The notes below the pieces were generated by a model that was not told where the DNA came from, made no database searches, and was given only the letters and a program-made list of their open reading frames with translations. A stretch of DNA of 64,000 nt from Escherichia coli (GTDB taxonomy: Bacteria; Pseudomonadota; Gammaproteobacteria; Enterobacterales; Enterobacteriaceae). Numbering within the stretch: the stretch's first letter is position 1; each line of letters begins with the position of its first letter. This document shows positions 1 to 9,989 of the stretch, piece after piece. The position numbers were made by a program, and so were the translations under genes. The DNA lies in NCBI RefSeq assembly GCF_041248615.1, contig NZ_CP158426.1, one strand, 5' to 3'.

Positions 1-856
1 GCACGGCGCTTTCCGTTTGCGGGAAGCGCGACATGCCGTCGATCAACTGCCGCGCCTTTTCCTGCTGTACCGCCATCTGCACACGCTGCTGATTAATGCT
101 TTCTAACGTCTGAGAAATCCCCGCTCCGCCCTGTTGCAGGCTTTGCACTAAGCGGTCCGCCTGCGACGGTTCGGCAAAGGTTTTTAGTGGCATAAACGCT
201 GATTTATCACCATCGGTGCGCACGCTTAGGGTGCTTTCAATGTTGGGCCACTGTTTTTCAGTGGTGGAGAAACTTATACCATCGGCGTTTTGATGCATCT
301 GCACGCCCACGCGGCGCAGGGCGTTGGTCAGCCGCGTTTGATACTGCGCGGCGCTGTCATCCTCAGACAGCATCACCGCCGAAAGCTGAGTCTGCCGCCC
401 GTCAGAGACGCTGAACATCCGCGTTCCCGGCGTGGGATTGTGTACCAGATTCGCCAGATCCGGCGAGTGAAAGCTCACCCGCGCTTCCCCCTGCAACACT
501 GGCTGCAACTGGCGGTCCACCGCACCGCCGGAAAGCGCGGTGCGTTTGTCCAGCATCTGCATCAGCGCCGTACTCTGCGCCTGCCCGCCCTTACGCTGGC
601 TGTGACGGTAATCGAGCAACTGCTGCTCCAGTTGCCCGAGATAATGATCCGCCTGCTGCAACGTGGTGAGCTGGTCGTTAAGCTGCACGCTGTAACGCTG
701 CGGGCGAGTGGTAATCAGCGGCGAGGCCGGATATTCACTCGCCGTCGCCGGGAGTTTTTGCCGCACCGCCTGAGTGGGCGCAACGGTTGACGACGATACC
801 GCAGCGCTATGCGCGCCGCCGGTGGTGAGTGACGAAGAAGTAAGTCCGACCTGCAT
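1..856 (-). CDS. Flag-2 cluster protein, partial (5' part only; gene continues past window start); family not recognised
   Basis: My own translation of the minus strand gives an open frame from ATG at 856 (AGGAG 4 nt upstream, directly after the lfgL stop) to position 1; absent from ORF track because no stop lies in the window; Gln-rich product. Confidence 0.45.
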   Translation of the reverse strand, partial: MQVGLTSSSLTTGGAHSAAVSSSTVAPTQAVRQKLPATASEYPASPLITTRPQRYSVQLNDQLTTLQQADHYLGQLEQQLLDYRHSQRKGGQAQSTALMQMLDKRTALSGGAVDRQLQPVLQGEARVSFHSPDLANLVHNPTPGTRMFSVSDGRQTQLSAVMLSEDDSAAQYQTRLTNALRRVGVQMHQNADGISFSTTEKQWPNIESTLSVRTDGDKSAFMPLKTFAEPSQADRLVQSLQQGGAGISQTLESINQQRVQMAVQQEKARQLIDGMSRFPQTESAV

Positions 857-872
857 ACTGCTCCTGAAAGAG

Positions 873-1802
873 TTAGAGAACGCTGAATAAATTCAACTCA
901 CTCACTTTCGAGTAAGTCTTGAGGGTAGCTTCCATTGCTACTTCCAGTCCGGTAAAGGTGATCGACGCCGGGCCGTAATCGAGATCCTGTAATGAACCAA
1001 TCAACTCATCATTAGAAGTAGAGATATCGGTCTGCGCATCGCTCAGCATCGACATGGTGTTCTGCGTCTCGCCGAGCGACGCAATCGAGGCGTTGAGGTC
1101 GTCCGAGGCGGTGTCCACCACGTTAACTGCGTTCTGAATATCGCTCTGCACCTGCGGATCGGCCGGGTCAACGTTTGGGTCTTGCAACTCCTGCGACAGG
1201 GTATTCAGTGTGTTGAGCACATCTAAATTGCTGCCGAAGAAATCGCTCGCCGCCACGTTGGTATCCACTTCCACGCCGTTCGACACCGTGGTCTGGCGGT
1301 GGTCGCTGTTGCCCTGATAGCTGTAGCTGTCGGTCACGCCATCGCCGTCATCGTCCACCGCCACAATCGGCGGCTGATCGTTGATGGTACCGCCAAACAC
1401 GTAATGCCCGTCTTCGTCCTGATAGTTCAGCGCCGCGACCATTGATTCGGTGAGCGACTCAATATCCTGCCCGAGACTTGCGAGCGAATCGGCGGTATTG
1501 GTACCATTCGCCGCTTCCAGCAGGTCGTCGCGCACCGCCAGCAGGCTGTTGTTGACGCCATCAAGAATTGATTCCTGCTGACTTAACCCCGCCGACGCGG
1601 AGTCGATATTGCTCTGATACTGCTCAATCGCCGACTGTTGGCGGTTCAACTGGGTGATGCGCGTGGCGGCGATCGGGTCATCCGACGGCTGCAAAATCTG
1701 CTTGCCGGTTGCCATCTGCTCGACCACATGCGCCAGATCGCCGGAGAGATTATTAAAACTTTGCGTCATCGAGACGTAGGTTTGTTGGGTGGTTACTCGC
1801 AT
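873..1802 (-). CDS. lfgL: Flagellar hook-filament junction protein FlgL-like (hook-associated protein 3)
   Basis: N-terminus MRVTTQQTY..PSDDPIAA matches FlgL/flagellin N-domain pattern; start moved to ATG at 1802 (GGGAG 9 nt upstream), ORF-track start 1826 would overlap flgK. Confidence 0.85.
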   Translation of the reverse strand: MRVTTQQTYVSMTQSFNNLSGDLAHVVEQMATGKQILQPSDDPIAATRITQLNRQQSAIEQYQSNIDSASAGLSQQESILDGVNNSLLAVRDDLLEAANGTNTADSLASLGQDIESLTESMVAALNYQDEDGHYVFGGTINDQPPIVAVDDDGDGVTDSYSYQGNSDHRQTTVSNGVEVDTNVAASDFFGSNLDVLNTLNTLSQELQDPNVDPADPQVQSDIQNAVNVVDTASDDLNASIASLGETQNTMSMLSDAQTDISTSNDELIGSLQDLDYGPASITFTGLEVAMEATLKTYSKVSELNLFSVL

Positions 1803-1816
1803 TTTCGCGCTCCCGC

Positions 1817-3193
1817 TTAGCTGCACATTTCCAGCACCGAATCGAAAATCTCGGCCCCGGCGGAAATGACTTTCAGATTGGCTTCATAAATTTGTTGATA
1901 GGTGATCAGGTTAACCGCCTCTTCGTCCATGCTGACGCCGCTGACGCTGCTCTGCTGGTTTTGCGCTGCGGAATAGACATTGGACGCGGCATCGACTTCC
2001 GTCTGGTTTTGCTGGCTGTAAATGCCGATATTGCTGATGATTGACGAGCACGCCTGCCCGACCGTCACGCTGCCGAGGTTGGCTATTTCCAGCGGTTCGG
2101 TGGAGATATTGATCAGCGCCTGGAGGTTGTCGCTGTTGCCGCTTTCGTCCGGCGAACTGGAGAACGCCAGCTCATCGGCGGTGATATCCGGGTTAACGGT
2201 CAGCGGGCCATCGGCGTTGCTGGCGTCATAAATAAACAGCGGCTCGCCGGGGTTACCGTTGAGATCGTAGCCCTGCGCCAGCTGGTTGTTAACCGCATCG
2301 GCGAACTGCGACGCCATACTGTTGATGGTGTCGGTCAGCGGCGTCAGCACGTCGTTTTGATAATCAAACAGTGCGCCTAATGAACCGCCGGTGTCGGTAG
2401 TCATCGTCGAGGTGGTGCCAGCGAAAGTCAGCGACATGGTCGGCGTGCCGTCGGCGTTGGTTTCCAGCGCGATGGTCGAGCTTTGCTGCCCGCTCACCAG
2501 CGGTTGACCGTTTTTCAGGGTAACGTTGTAGTTGCCCTGGTCGTCGATATTGACCTGCACATCCATCATCCCGCTGAGTTCTTCCACCATCTGGTCGCGG
2601 GCGTCGTACAGCGCGGAGGCGTTATCGCCGTTGGCTTCGGCCTGAGCGATTTGCTGGTTATAGCTGGCGATGCCGCTGGTGAGCGTGTTGATTTGCGACA
2701 CCATCGCCTGCTGCTGGCTGATGATTTCCGTGCTTTGCGAGTCGATGTAATCCAGCGTGTTGTCGATACGCAGCGACAGCGCCCCGGCTTCGCTGATCAC
2801 CTGCTCGCGCAGGGCGGAATCATCAGGGCTGGTGGTCGCTTCGTTAAGGGCGGCGAAGAAGTTATCGAACCCGCCGCTCAGGCTGCTGTTATCGTCGCTC
2901 AGTACCGCTTCCAGTTGCGTGAGATACCCCTGCTGGGTGCTGTAATAGCCGTAATCGCTGGCGGCATACCACACCTGATTCACCTGATACTGGTTAGAGA
3001 CGCGGCGAATGCTGTCGACCTGCACGCCGTTACCGGCGCTGTTTGGCGAACCGCCGCTGGCACCGATGGTGCTGATCTCCGCCACCTGACGGGTGTAGCC
3101 CGTGGTCATGGCGTTGGCGGTGTTTTGCGCCGTGACGTTCAGCTCCACCTGCGCGGTTGATGCCCCGCTGTAGCCGATGTTAATCATGTCCAT
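1817..3193 (-). CDS. lfgK: Flagellar hook-associated protein 1 FlgK-like
   Basis: 458 aa; conserved FlgK N-terminus (NTANAMTTGYTRQ) and C-terminus (SGVSMDEEAVNLITYQQIYEANLKVI). Confidence 0.9.
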   Translation of the reverse strand: MDMINIGYSGASTAQVELNVTAQNTANAMTTGYTRQVAEISTIGASGGSPNSAGNGVQVDSIRRVSNQYQVNQVWYAASDYGYYSTQQGYLTQLEAVLSDDNSSLSGGFDNFFAALNEATTSPDDSALREQVISEAGALSLRIDNTLDYIDSQSTEIISQQQAMVSQINTLTSGIASYNQQIAQAEANGDNASALYDARDQMVEELSGMMDVQVNIDDQGNYNVTLKNGQPLVSGQQSSTIALETNADGTPTMSLTFAGTTSTMTTDTGGSLGALFDYQNDVLTPLTDTINSMASQFADAVNNQLAQGYDLNGNPGEPLFIYDASNADGPLTVNPDITADELAFSSSPDESGNSDNLQALINISTEPLEIANLGSVTVGQACSSIISNIGIYSQQNQTEVDAASNVYSAAQNQQSSVSGVSMDEEAVNLITYQQIYEANLKVISAGAEIFDSVLEMCS

Positions 3194-3269
3194 GTTGGAT
3201 CCTTACCGGTAAATCGTGCCGGTTAAAAGCGGCGTTAGGTTGGGGATTCTTAAGTTCCTTAAACCGGGT

Positions 3270-3352
3270 GCCGGATGCGGCGTGAACGCCTTATCCGGCC
3301 TACATATGGGCGACTCGTAGGCCTGATAAGACGCGCCAGCATCGCATCAGGC
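3270..3352. repeat. REP/BIME element (two inverted REP units)
   Basis: gccggatgcggcgtgaacgccttatccggcctaca followed by inverted copy gtaggcctgataagacgcgccagcatcgcatcaggc in the flgK-flgJ intergenic. Confidence 0.7.
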
Positions 3353-3368
3353 ACCGAACGTCGGAGCC

Positions 3369-3668
3369 TCATTTATGCTTCGGCGATAACTGCTTCACAA
3401 TCATCGCCGCGATCCCAATCCCGTGCTGCTGCGCTAGGGTGTTACACAACTCATCGTCATAAAACCCCTGCATCATGCGCACCGAATCGCTGTTAAATGG
3501 GTTATCTTTCGAATCAAACAACTCGTTGGTTTTACGCATCTCTTTGAGCATGTTGCGTAAAAAAATCGCCTCAAACTGTTCCGCGGCCTGCCTGATATCA
3601 TTGGCCTGAACCTTCGGCCCCATTAACGCATCGCTGCCGTCAATCCCGCCACTGGCATTCACTTTCAT
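3369..3668 (-). CDS. lfgJ: FlgJ-like rod-binding protein (short, N-terminal rod-binding domain only; no muramidase domain)
   Basis: 99 aa; AAEQFEAIFLRNMLKEMRKT motif typical of FlgJ N-domain; ATGA overlap with flgI. Confidence 0.7.
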   Translation of the reverse strand: MKVNASGGIDGSDALMGPKVQANDIRQAAEQFEAIFLRNMLKEMRKTNELFDSKDNPFNSDSVRMMQGFYDDELCNTLAQQHGIGIAAMIVKQLSPKHK

Positions 3669-4783
3669 CAGATCACCTCCAGGTCGGCATCCAGCGCGCC
3701 CGCTTCATGCAGCGCCTGCAAAATCGACATAATGTCGTCCGGCGTCGCGCCTAAACTGTTCAGCGCATTGACCAGCGTTTTCAGGCTGCTCGACTCCGGC
3801 AAACTCACCACGCCAGGGCGCGCATGATTCACCGCGATATTACTCTGCGGCGTTACCGCCGTGCGCCCGCCCGCAAAGGCATTCGGCTGGCTGACGTTGC
3901 TGGTTTCGTTAATCGAAACGGTCAAACTACCGTGCGACACCGCCGCCGCGTGTAGCGCAACGCCATCGCCCATCACCACCGTGCCGGTACGCGAGTTAAA
4001 CACCACGCGAGCGCGGATTTTCTCCGCCTGCACCTGCACATCGTCCAGTTGCGACATAAACGCCACCCGCGCACCGGGGCTGGTAGGCGCGCGCACGGTG
4101 ACGTTGGTGGAACTCTGCGCCGTGGCAATGCCGCCAAACGAGGCGTTGATCGCCGCTGCAATATTATTGGCATCTTTAAACGACGGGCGTTTCAGATTGA
4201 GCGTGATGGTATCGCCCATCTGAAAATCGCTGGGGATCTCACGCTCCACCGTTGCGCCGTTGGGAATTAACCCGGCGGTCGGCGTGTTAACCGTCACGCT
4301 GGAACCGCTGGCCCCGGTGGCGTTCATCCCGCCCACCACCACGCTGCCCTGCGCGAGGGCATAAACTTCGCCATCCGCGCCGTGCAACTGCGTCAGCAAC
4401 AAAGTGCCGCCACGAATACTTTTCGCATCGCCAATCGACGAAACGGTGACATCAATGGTCTGCCCGCGCGAGTACATCGGCGGCAGCGTGGCGCTCACCG
4501 CCACCGCGGCGACGTTTTTCACCTTCGGGTCGATTTTATTCGGCAACTGCACGCCAAACTGGCGCAGCATATTGGTGATGGTCTGGTTAGTGAATTTGAC
4601 CTGGTTTTTATCGCCCGTACCGTCGAGGCCTACCACCAGGCTGTAGCCCACCAGTTGGTTTTCACGCACGCCCTGTACGTTGACCAACGACTCCAGCGAT
4701 TGCGCCAGCGCCACACCGGGCAGCGCCAGGCTTACGGCGATCGCTGCGGCCTTTATCCAGTTTTGCATTGCACTCTCCGGCAT
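3668..4783 (-). CDS. lfgI: Flagellar P-ring protein FlgI
   Basis: 371 aa, signal peptide, strong FlgI pattern ([12 protein letters not shown]...). Confidence 0.9.
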   Translation of the reverse strand: MPESAMQNWIKAAAIAVSLALPGVALAQSLESLVNVQGVRENQLVGYSLVVGLDGTGDKNQVKFTNQTITNMLRQFGVQLPNKIDPKVKNVAAVAVSATLPPMYSRGQTIDVTVSSIGDAKSIRGGTLLLTQLHGADGEVYALAQGSVVVGGMNATGASGSSVTVNTPTAGLIPNGATVEREIPSDFQMGDTITLNLKRPSFKDANNIAAAINASFGGIATAQSSTNVTVRAPTSPGARVAFMSQLDDVQVQAEKIRARVVFNSRTGTVVMGDGVALHAAAVSHGSLTVSINETSNVSQPNAFAGGRTAVTPQSNIAVNHARPGVVSLPESSSLKTLVNALNSLGATPDDIMSILQALHEAGALDADLEVI

Positions 4784-5448
4784 TAAATCGGGAACAGAGG
4801 ATGGTTAAACAGCCGCGTCAGCCAGCCTGCGGCGTTGGCGTCGCTTAACGCGCCGCGTCCGGCATAGGAGATACGGGCGTCGGCGATCCGCTGGGAGGAA
4901 ACCGAGTTGTCGTTCTGAATATCGTCGGCGCGTACCAGGCCGCTTAAGCGGATGTACTCATCGCCCTGGTTGAGGGTCAGCCATTTTTCGCCGCGAATTT
5001 CCAGGATGCCGTTGGGCTGCACCGCATGGACGGAAACGGTGATCTCCCCGCGCAGGCTGTTCTGCTGCTGGGAAGTGGCGCTGCCGTCAAAGTCGCGGTT
5101 GGCATCGATGGAGCCGGAAAGCTTATCTTTGGTGTGACCAAAAATGGTCGGTGCGCCGATGTCGACGGTGTTGTTTTTACCGAAGTTGGTTTTCGCCTGT
5201 TTGCTCGACTGGGTGGATTCTTCGAGGATCACCGTCAGGATATCGCCCACGCGGTAAGCCCGCCGATCGGCGGTGAGCGACCAGTTGTAGCCGGTTTCAA
5301 ACACGCCCCCGGCACGCCCGTCTGCCGGAGGCGGTGCTTCGGTTTTCGGTGGCGCAAAGTATGCGTCGTCTTTTTTGACCAGAATGGCCTGCGATTCACA
5401 CCCGCTAAGCAGGGGAAGCAGCGCCACCAGCCAGAGATAATTTTTCAC
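4783..5448 (-). CDS. lfgH: Flagellar L-ring lipoprotein FlgH
   Basis: Lipobox LLSGC; start moved to GTG at 5448 ([17 protein letters not shown]); the ORF-track N-terminal extension runs into a REP repeat. Confidence 0.85.
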   Translation of the reverse strand: MKNYLWLVALLPLLSGCESQAILVKKDDAYFAPPKTEAPPPADGRAGGVFETGYNWSLTADRRAYRVGDILTVILEESTQSSKQAKTNFGKNNTVDIGAPTIFGHTKDKLSGSIDANRDFDGSATSQQQNSLRGEITVSVHAVQPNGILEIRGEKWLTLNQGDEYIRLSGLVRADDIQNDNSVSSQRIADARISYAGRGALSDANAAGWLTRLFNHPLFPI

Positions 5449-5484
5449 GTTCTGCCTGTTTAAATACAGTGAGTTATGCGCTTT

Positions 5485-5530
5485 TGTAGGTCGGATAAGA
5501 CGCGTCAGCGTCGCATCCGACATTTCGGCC
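5485..5530. repeat. REP element
   Basis: tgtaggtcggataagacgcgtcagcgtcgcatccgac, REP-like palindrome between flgG and flgH. Confidence 0.6.
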
Positions 5531-6316
5531 TTACAGCGTCTGGCTGATGTACTGCAACATATCGTCCGCCGCCGACACCATTTTGGCGTTCATCTCGTAA
5601 GCGCGTTGCACCGTAATCATCGCCACCATTTCGTTGACGATATCCACGTTCGAGCCTTCCAGCGCATTGTCCTGCAAGGTGCCAAGCCCATCTTCGCCCG
5701 GTACGCCTTCGGTCGGCTGACCGCTGGCAGCGGTTTCCAGATAGAGGTTGTCGCCTTCAGCGGAAAGCCCCGCCGGGTTGGCGAAGTTCACCAGCGTCAG
5801 TTGCCCTAACTCAGTCACGTCGCTGTCGCCGGGTAAGATCGCTGTCACCGTGCCGTCCTCACCAAACGCAACATTCGTCGCCCCCGCCGGAACGTCGATT
5901 TCCGGCTGTAACGGCAAGCCTTGCGAGTTGGTCAGCACGCCGTCGGCGTTCACCTGCAAGTTGCCGTCGCGGGTATAGGCGATATCGCCGTTGGCCTTTT
6001 GCACCTGCAAAAACCCCTGCCCCATAATGGCGACATTCATCGCGTTGTCGGTGGTTTCGACGTTGCCTTCGGTGAAGGTTTTCTGAGTGCCAACAATGCG
6101 CACGCCGCTACCGAATTGCAGCCCGGTCGGCATGATGTTGTTCTGGTCGAGCATCGCGCCCGGCGCTTCCTGGGTCTGGTAGAACAGATCCTGAAACATC
6201 ACCCGGTCGCGCTTGAAGCCGGTGGTGTTAACGTTGGCGATGTTGTTGGCAATCGCGCTCATTTCAGCATCCTGCGCCGAGAGGCCGGTTTTGCTGATCC
6301 ATAATGCTGCGTTCAT
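5531..6316 (-). CDS. lfgG: Flagellar distal rod protein FlgG
   Basis: 261 aa; conserved rod N-terminus (ANNIANVNTTGFKRDR) and C-terminus (LEGSNVDIVNEMVAMITVQRAYEMNAK). Confidence 0.9.
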   Translation of the reverse strand: MNAALWISKTGLSAQDAEMSAIANNIANVNTTGFKRDRVMFQDLFYQTQEAPGAMLDQNNIMPTGLQFGSGVRIVGTQKTFTEGNVETTDNAMNVAIMGQGFLQVQKANGDIAYTRDGNLQVNADGVLTNSQGLPLQPEIDVPAGATNVAFGEDGTVTAILPGDSDVTELGQLTLVNFANPAGLSAEGDNLYLETAASGQPTEGVPGEDGLGTLQDNALEGSNVDIVNEMVAMITVQRAYEMNAKMVSAADDMLQYISQTL

Positions 6317-6342
6317 GGTGGTTTATTCCCTGGTGTCTGTTA

Positions 6343-7080
6343 TCACGAGCCGCGCAATAAGCGGTTGCCCGCGTCGCTGATATCTTCGGCGGTTTTCATC
6401 ATCTTGATCTGCGCTTCAAACTGGCGGTTCATGGCGATGGACGACATCATCTCGCTCACCGCCGAGACGTTACTGCCCTCCAGAAAACCGCCGCTAACTT
6501 TGATGTTTTCATCACGCTGGGCCGGAACGCCGTCGGCAGTTATCAGCATCCCTTCAGGATTTTTCGCCAGGTTAGCGACAGGAATATCCACCAGCTTCAG
6601 GCGGTCGATATCCATGGTTGCAGTCACGTCGCCGTCATCGGGCGTCACCGACAGCGTGCCGTCGCTGCCAAACGAAGCAATGGCGTTCGGCGGCAGAATG
6701 ATCGGGCCGTTATCCCCCAGCACCAGATTGCCGTCGATGGTCAGTTGCCCCTGGTCGTCCTGCTGAATGTTGCCGTTGCGGGTATACACTTCGTTGCCGT
6801 TTTTATCCTGCACCGCAATGTAACCCGCGCCCTGAATCGCCACGTCCAGCGGGCGTTCGGTTTTCTCCGCTACACCCGTGCTGTCGTTCACGCCGCTGGC
6901 CCCTTCCTGCGCCATATAGCGCGTGTCGAAGCCGCCGCCTTTCACCTTGTCGTTGGTCGCCATCGCCATGTCGGCGCGAAAACCGTTGGTGTTGACGTTC
7001 GCCAGGTTGTTGGCGCTAATCTGCTGCTCGTACAGGGTCTGAGAAGCACCGCTCAGGGCGGTATAAATCAGGCGGTCCAT
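6343..7080 (-). CDS. lfgF: Flagellar proximal rod protein FlgF
   Basis: 245 aa; rod-family N- and C-terminal motifs; gene order flgE-flgF-flgG. Confidence 0.85.
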   Translation of the reverse strand: MDRLIYTALSGASQTLYEQQISANNLANVNTNGFRADMAMATNDKVKGGGFDTRYMAQEGASGVNDSTGVAEKTERPLDVAIQGAGYIAVQDKNGNEVYTRNGNIQQDDQGQLTIDGNLVLGDNGPIILPPNAIASFGSDGTLSVTPDDGDVTATMDIDRLKLVDIPVANLAKNPEGMLITADGVPAQRDENIKVSGGFLEGSNVSAVSEMMSSIAMNRQFEAQIKMMKTAEDISDAGNRLLRGS

Positions 7081-8282
7081 TACATTGCCTGGAACAGCGC
7101 GTCATCGAGCTGCGTGCTGGTGGCGATAACTTTGGTGTTGGCCTGATAGTTACGCTGGGCGGTCATCAGGTTGACCAGTTCGCTGGTGATATCGACGTTA
7201 GAGCTTTCGAGCACGCCCGACGATAGCGTGCCGCAGGTGCCGGAGCCGGGAACGCCAATCAGCGGGGTGCCGGATTCCCCGGTTTGTACCCACGCGGTGC
7301 CGCTCACCGCTTCGAGTCCGTTTTCATTCGGGAAAGTCGCCAGCACCACCTGGCCCTGCAACATGCGCTCGCCGTTGCTGTAGGTGGCGTAAACTTTGCC
7401 ATCGTCATCGACCTGCACACCGTTTTGCGTTGCGGAGGCGTAGCCGTTGGCGGCGTTGGTGGTGACCGAAAATTCAGAGCCGTATTGCGTACAGGTGGAG
7501 TAATCGACGGTTAAGTCGATGGGTGCGGCGGCGTCGGTCTGAAACTCAATGGTCTGTGGCGTGGTTGGCGAGGTCAGCTTCCCGGTGTTCGGGTCGAAGG
7601 TTAATGTCGTCGCCGGAACGCCAGTCTGCTGCTGACCGTCGAAGGTGTACTGCACTTCCCAGGTGTTGTCGCTGGTTTTGGTGAAATACTGGCATACCGA
7701 GTGTTCGTTACCTAATGAGTCATATACCGTGGTGGTGTAGCTGTCGGTATACGAGCTGCTGTTGGTCGCGTCGAACGGTACGGTTGTACGGTCTATAGCC
7801 GCATCGCTGGCATCGAAGTTAGCGGTAAAGGTCAGGCTGCTGCTGGCCTGCGCCGGGATATTGCCGGTTTTGATCTGGATATCGGTGACCGTACCGGTTT
7901 GCAGAGTGCCCGTGTCATCGACCGGATAACCCTGTAAATAAGCGCCCGAGGCGTTGACAATATAGCCGTTTTTGTCGGTTTCAAACGATCCGGCGCGGGT
8001 ATAAGAAATGTTGCCCGCGCTGTCGCAGGTAACAAAAAAGCCGTCGTTGTTAATCGCCAGATCCAGCGCGTTACCGGTGGAGACCAGCGAACCGCCGCGC
8101 GAAATACTTTGCGCGGTGCCTGCCACGCTGACGCCCATCGCCTGACTTCCGGCATACATGGCTGAAAACTGGGTGGTCATCGACTTATAGCCTACCGTTC
8201 CGGCGTTGGCGATGTTGTTACTGATCCCGTCGAGCTGTTCGTTAACGGCATTCAGCCCCGTTGCGGCAATTTCATAACTCAT
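7080..8282 (-). CDS. lfgE: Flagellar hook protein FlgE
   Basis: 400 aa; hook-family termini (ISNNIANAGTVGYK ... LESSNVDITSELVNLMTAQRNYQANTKVI). Confidence 0.9.
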   Translation of the reverse strand: MSYEIAATGLNAVNEQLDGISNNIANAGTVGYKSMTTQFSAMYAGSQAMGVSVAGTAQSISRGGSLVSTGNALDLAINNDGFFVTCDSAGNISYTRAGSFETDKNGYIVNASGAYLQGYPVDDTGTLQTGTVTDIQIKTGNIPAQASSSLTFTANFDASDAAIDRTTVPFDATNSSSYTDSYTTTVYDSLGNEHSVCQYFTKTSDNTWEVQYTFDGQQQTGVPATTLTFDPNTGKLTSPTTPQTIEFQTDAAAPIDLTVDYSTCTQYGSEFSVTTNAANGYASATQNGVQVDDDGKVYATYSNGERMLQGQVVLATFPNENGLEAVSGTAWVQTGESGTPLIGVPGSGTCGTLSSGVLESSNVDITSELVNLMTAQRNYQANTKVIATSTQLDDALFQAM

Positions 8283-8329
8283 TGTTTCTTCCTGTTAATT
8301 CAAATTTTGACAGCGTGCCCGTTGTTTTG

Positions 8330-8410
8330 CCGGATGCGGCGTGAACGCCTTATCCGGCCTACAAAACCATGCAGTTTCATGTAGGCCTGATAAGCGAAGC
8401 GCATCAGGCA
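8330..8410. repeat. REP/BIME element (two inverted REP units)
   Basis: gccggatgcggcgtgaacgccttatccggcctaca ... tgtaggcctgataagcgaagcgcatcaggc between flgE and flgD. Confidence 0.7.
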
Positions 8411-8425
8411 ATTTGGCACCGGACA

Positions 8426-9139
8426 TCACGCCACATCACTGTCGGCATCGGGTACGCCAAACTGGCTAATCATGGTGAACGGCACTTCGCCCACGCCTGC
8501 AACATTGAGCACCGGAGAGCTGCCGTCGAGCGGGATGCGCACATCTTCCACTTCGCCGGAGACTTCAATCGGCACCTCTTCTTCCCCGGTGTTGGTGACC
8601 ACCGAGACGTCGTAATCGCCCGGCGGGATACCGTAATCCGCCGGATTAATCGAGAAATCGACCTGGCCTGGCCCGACGGACGAACTGCCTTCCGGGATCA
8701 GCGACACCGTATAGTCATCGCCTGCGGCATCGGTAAAGTGGAGATCGGCGGTGGTACAGGCGTCGTCAAGCGTGGCGCGACCATTAATGGTCTGGTCGCT
8801 CACCTGCAAGGCGGTGGTCTGCACCATAATGTCGTCACCCACCAGGTTGCCGAGCGCCATCACCTGAATGTTGCTCATCAGCACCGCGTTGGTGTTGGCC
8901 TGCACACTCATCTCTTCCATCATCGCCACCTGCGCCATCGAAGAAAGCTGGTCGATATATTCGGTGGCGTCAGTCGGGTCGGTCGGGTCCTGGTTTTGGA
9001 TCTCAGCGACAAACAGCGTCAGGAAAGTATCAACGGGCGAGCTATCGCTGCTACTTTGCGTGTCGCTGGCCGCCACGTTGTTGCTTTCCGCCGTGGCGGT
9101 CGGCTGCGGCGATTGCGCATTCAGCGCCAGGGTATTCAT
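8426..9139 (-). CDS. lfgD: Flagellar hook assembly/capping protein FlgD
   Basis: 237 aa; FlgD-like central motif (FLTLFVAEIQNQDPTDP); position between flgC and flgE. Confidence 0.85.
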   Translation of the reverse strand: MNTLALNAQSPQPTATAESNNVAASDTQSSSDSSPVDTFLTLFVAEIQNQDPTDPTDATEYIDQLSSMAQVAMMEEMSVQANTNAVLMSNIQVMALGNLVGDDIMVQTTALQVSDQTINGRATLDDACTTADLHFTDAAGDDYTVSLIPEGSSSVGPGQVDFSINPADYGIPPGDYDVSVVTNTGEEEVPIEVSGEVEDVRIPLDGSSPVLNVAGVGEVPFTMISQFGVPDADSDVA

Positions 9140-9570
9140 CAGGCTTCTCCCAGTTTCAGCAGGCTTTGCTGCATACTTTTCACGTTGTTGAGCACATCGA
9201 CATTGGTTTCAAAATCGCGCGAGGCCGACATCATGTCCGCCATCTGTTCCACCACGTTGACGTCGGGATACCAGACATCCCCGTTAGCATCGGCGAGCGG
9301 CGAATGCGGTTCATAGCGTTTCACCGCCCCGCCGGTTTGCAGCACGTCCTGCACCTGCACGCTGGCACCATCAATGGCATGGCGATGCGTTCCCGCCAGC
9401 AAGCTGTGGTGATACACCGCCGCAAACACCGGGCTGCGCGCTTTATACGCCTGCGCCTCGCTGCCGGCAGGTGCATTGGCATTCGCCAGGTTACTGGCAA
9501 CGGTATTCAGACGTAGCGTTTGCGCCGTCATCGCCGAGCCGGAAATCTGATAGATATCAGTAAATGACAT
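9139..9570 (-). CDS. lfgC: Flagellar rod protein FlgC
   Basis: 143 aa; MSFTDIYQISGSAMTAQ..NLANANA.. typical FlgC. Confidence 0.9.
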   Translation of the reverse strand: MSFTDIYQISGSAMTAQTLRLNTVASNLANANAPAGSEAQAYKARSPVFAAVYHHSLLAGTHRHAIDGASVQVQDVLQTGGAVKRYEPHSPLADANGDVWYPDVNVVEQMADMMSASRDFETNVDVLNNVKSMQQSLLKLGEA

Positions 9571-9572
9571 GC

Positions 9573-9908
9573 TTATTTCCCTTCAATGGCCTCTCTGATG
9601 CCGCTGATTTGCAGATTCAGAAAGGTCAGACTGCTTTGATAATCCATACTATTTTGTGAAAACCGCGCCTGTTCGCTGTTTAGTTCCACGGTGTTGCCAT
9701 CTTCCGACGGCTGCATCGGCACGCGGTACTGGACATCCACCGCCGCGTTATTTGCCCGTTGCATCTCCCTGGCAAAATCAATATCTTTAGCCTTGAAATT
9801 TGGCGTATCGACGTTCGCCAGATTCGCAGTCAGTAGCTCGGTCCTCTCAAGACGTAACTTCACTGCCTGCGGATGCACTCCCAATGCCTGTTGAAAACTG
9901 ATCCCCAT
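9573..9908 (-). CDS. lfgB: Flagellar rod protein FlgB
   Basis: FlgB motif LLTANLANVDTPNFKAKDIDF; start moved to ATG at 9908 because the ORF-track start 9938 lies upstream of the transcription start implied by the sigma-54 promoter. Confidence 0.85.
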   Translation of the reverse strand: MGISFQQALGVHPQAVKLRLERTELLTANLANVDTPNFKAKDIDFAREMQRANNAAVDVQYRVPMQPSEDGNTVELNSEQARFSQNSMDYQSSLTFLNLQISGIREAIEGK

Positions 9909-9944
9909 TTCCTGCGTCACTCCTGCTTCAATCCGCATACGCTA

Positions 9945-9960
9945 AGCAATCGCCGTGCCA
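9945..9960 (-). promoter_or_regulatory. sigma-54 (-24/-12) promoter for the lfgB operon
   Basis: Minus strand reads TGGCACGGCGATTGCT, a full match to TGGCACG-N4-TTGCW. Confidence 0.6.
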
Positions 9961-9989
9961 TTTTTTAAGTCACTGATGAGAAAGGGTTT

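Noticed and set aside
290-790. 166-aa plus-strand ORF
   Set aside because: Lies entirely antisense to the open minus-strand partial gene (1-856) that has an RBS and sits in flagellar operon context; Arg/His-rich product typical of an antisense artefact in GC-rich DNA
8369-9316. 315-aa plus-strand ORF
   Set aside because: Antisense to flgD and flgC, which have clear family signatures; His/Arg-rich low-complexity translation
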